From contig JBMOMH010000313.1 in NCBI GenBank assembly GCA_049323135.1, positions 1 to 44,086 on the forward strand: a stretch of DNA of 44,086 bases. Direction: 5' to 3'. Position 1 is the first letter of the stretch. Each line of letters opens with the position of its first letter. This DNA comes from Actinomycetota bacterium. GTDB taxonomy: Bacteria > Actinomycetota > Actinomycetes > JBMOMH01. A model generated the notes under the pieces. It worked only from the letters and a program-made list of their open reading frames with translations, made no database searches and was not told the DNA's origin. Shown one piece after another: positions 42,512-44,086 of the stretch. The translations under genes were made by a program, and so were the position numbers.

Positions 42512-43273
42512 ATGGGGCTGCGTGACCTCCTCTACGGCGTGTACGAGCGCCGGCTGGAGCGGTCCCTGTCCCCGGAGCAGATGCCCCGGCACGTGGGCGT
42601 CATCCTCGACGGCAACCGGCGCTGGGCGCGGGCCTCCGGGGCCAGCAAGTTCCGCGGCTGGCGGGCCGGCGGCGACAAGATCGTCGAGTTCCTCGCCTGG
42701 TGCGAGGAGGTCAAGGTCGAGGTGGTCACCCTGTGGCTGCTGTCCACCGACAACCTGGCCCGGCCGCACGAGGAGCTGGGCCCGCTGCTGCAGGTCATCG
42801 AGGACGTGGTCGCCGACCTCGGCGCCGCGCGCCGCTGGCGGGTGCACCCGGTGGGCGCGCTGGACCTGTTGCCCCCGTCCACGGCGGCGGTGCTCAAGCA
42901 GGTCGAGGCGGCCACGGCCGGCGTGGCCGGGCTGCTGGTCAACGTGGCGGTCGGGTACGGCGGCCGGCACGAGATCGCCGACGCGGTGCGGGGGCTGCTC
43001 CAGGACCACGCCGCCCGCGGGACCTCCATCGAGGAACTCGCCGAGCTCCTCGACGTGGAGCACATCGCCGACCACCTCTACACCAGGGGCCAACCCGACC
43101 CGGACCTGGTGATCCGCACCTCGGGCGAGCAGCGGCTGTCCGGCTTCCTGCTCTGGCAGAGCGCCCACTCGGAGTTCTACTTCTGCGAGGCCCTGTGGCC
43201 GGACTTCCGCAAGACCGACTTCCTGCGCGCGCTGCGCGACTACGCCGCCCGGCACCGCCGGTTCGGCGCCTGA
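42512..43273 (+). CDS. cis-isoprenyl diphosphate synthase (short-chain, Rv1086-like)
   Basis: HVGVILDGNRRWAR, LSTDN, RTSGEQRLSGFLLWQS. Confidence 0.93.
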   Translation: MGLRDLLYGVYERRLERSLSPEQMPRHVGVILDGNRRWARASGASKFRGWRAGGDKIVEFLAWCEEVKVEVVTLWLLSTDNLARPHEELGPLLQVIEDVVADLGAARRWRVHPVGALDLLPPSTAAVLKQVEAATAGVAGLLVNVAVGYGGRHEIADAVRGLLQDHAARGTSIEELAELLDVEHIADHLYTRGQPDPDLVIRTSGEQRLSGFLLWQSAHSEFYFCEALWPDFRKTDFLRALRDYAARHRRFGA

Positions 43274-43573
43274 CCGCCGCGCCGCCGCGGGCTGCGGCTG
43301 ATCGACTGTGACGCTGTTCGCGTGACACGCCGGTGTCGCCGCGATGAACGTCGCAGTCGATCAGGGTGGGGAGGGCGTGTCACGCCGGCGGCGGCGGGCC
43401 GTCGGCGTACCGTCGGATCTGGCGGTACGGCGACCGGCCGGACCGTCCGGGAGGCCCTCACCGGTGCTGCGGCAGCGGGGACGAAGGGGGCCGGCACCCG
43501 GCCCTCGGGCCCGGTCCCGGTTCCCGTTCCCTCGACGAGTGGGGCGCGGTGCGCGCCCCTGGGAGACGCCGAC

Positions 43574-44086
43574 GTGGCTGCCTCGACGCGTACACCGCGC
43601 ACCTACGTCATCGACACCAGCGTGCTGCTGTCCGACCCCCGGGCCATCCTCCGCTTCGACGAGCACGAGGTCGTGCTGCCCGTCGTGGTCATCACCGAGC
43701 TGGAAGGGAAGCGGAACCACCCCGAGCTGGGGTACTTCGCGCGCAGCGCGCTGCGCATCCTCGACGAGCTGCGCGTCCGGCACGGCCGCCTGGACGAGCC
43801 GGTCCCCGTCGGCGGCGCCGGCGGCACGGTCCGGGTGGAGCTGAACCACACCGACCCCGAGGTGCTGCCGGCCGGCTTCCGCCTGGGCGACAACGACAGC
43901 CGCATCCTGGCCGTGGGCCGCAACCTGGCCGCGGAGGGACGGCAGGTCACCCTGGTCAGCAAGGACCTGCCGCTGCGGGTCAAGGCCTCCGCGGTGGGGC
44001 TGGCCGCCGAGGAGTACCGCGCGGAGCTCGCCGTCGAGTCCGGTTGGACCGGGATGGCCGAGCTGGACGTCACCAGCGGCGAGCTG
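43574..44086 (+). CDS. phoH2: PIN-PhoH protein (PhoH2-like), truncated by the window end
   Basis: Manual translation from GTG 43574: [41 protein letters not shown]. Confidence 0.88.
   Translation, partial: MAASTRTPRTYVIDTSVLLSDPRAILRFDEHEVVLPVVVITELEGKRNHPELGYFARSALRILDELRVRHGRLDEPVPVGGAGGTVRVELNHTDPEVLPAGFRLGDNDSRILAVGRNLAAEGRQVTLVSKDLPLRVKASAVGLAAEEYRAELAVESGWTGMAELDVTSGEL

Noticed and set aside
43307-43322. CRP-like site TGTGA-N6-TCGCG
   Set aside because: The second half-site is a poor match.

Overview
High-GC actinobacterial chromosome segment. The backbone is the conserved SGNH hydrolase - cbs - msrA - metB ... ilvA - ABC - greA - mca - yyaL-like - pckG - cis-prenyltransferase - phoH2 region, interrupted by accessory inserts. 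(1) A three-gene copper-type operon (2438-3707) and a Tat multicopper oxidase locus (6167-8156). (2) A GNAT-AAA fusion gene. (3) A compact minus-strand operon (9500-16479): response regulator, sensor kinase, heme O synthase, a cupredoxin with a Met-rich repeat, oxidase subunits II, I and III, and an unannotated 49-aa membrane peptide. By manual motif alignment this A1-type heme-copper oxidase keeps its D proton channel and all metal ligands but has lost three K-channel residues across two subunits and gained a helix-VIII Glu. It is the best candidate for an undescribed system. (4) A TetR/ADH/cupin/AKR cassette. (5) A decayed ~3.5 kb integrative element in the 5' end of the yyaL-like gene, with a 126-bp direct repeat, arm-type repeats, integrase/excisionase remnants and a DUF433/PIN toxin-antitoxin pair. 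A 42-bp perfect palindrome (4044-4085) has a second copy with a compensatory change (28565-28602). No rRNA, tRNA or CRISPR array was seen. All calls are from reading motifs by eye; no searches were run.
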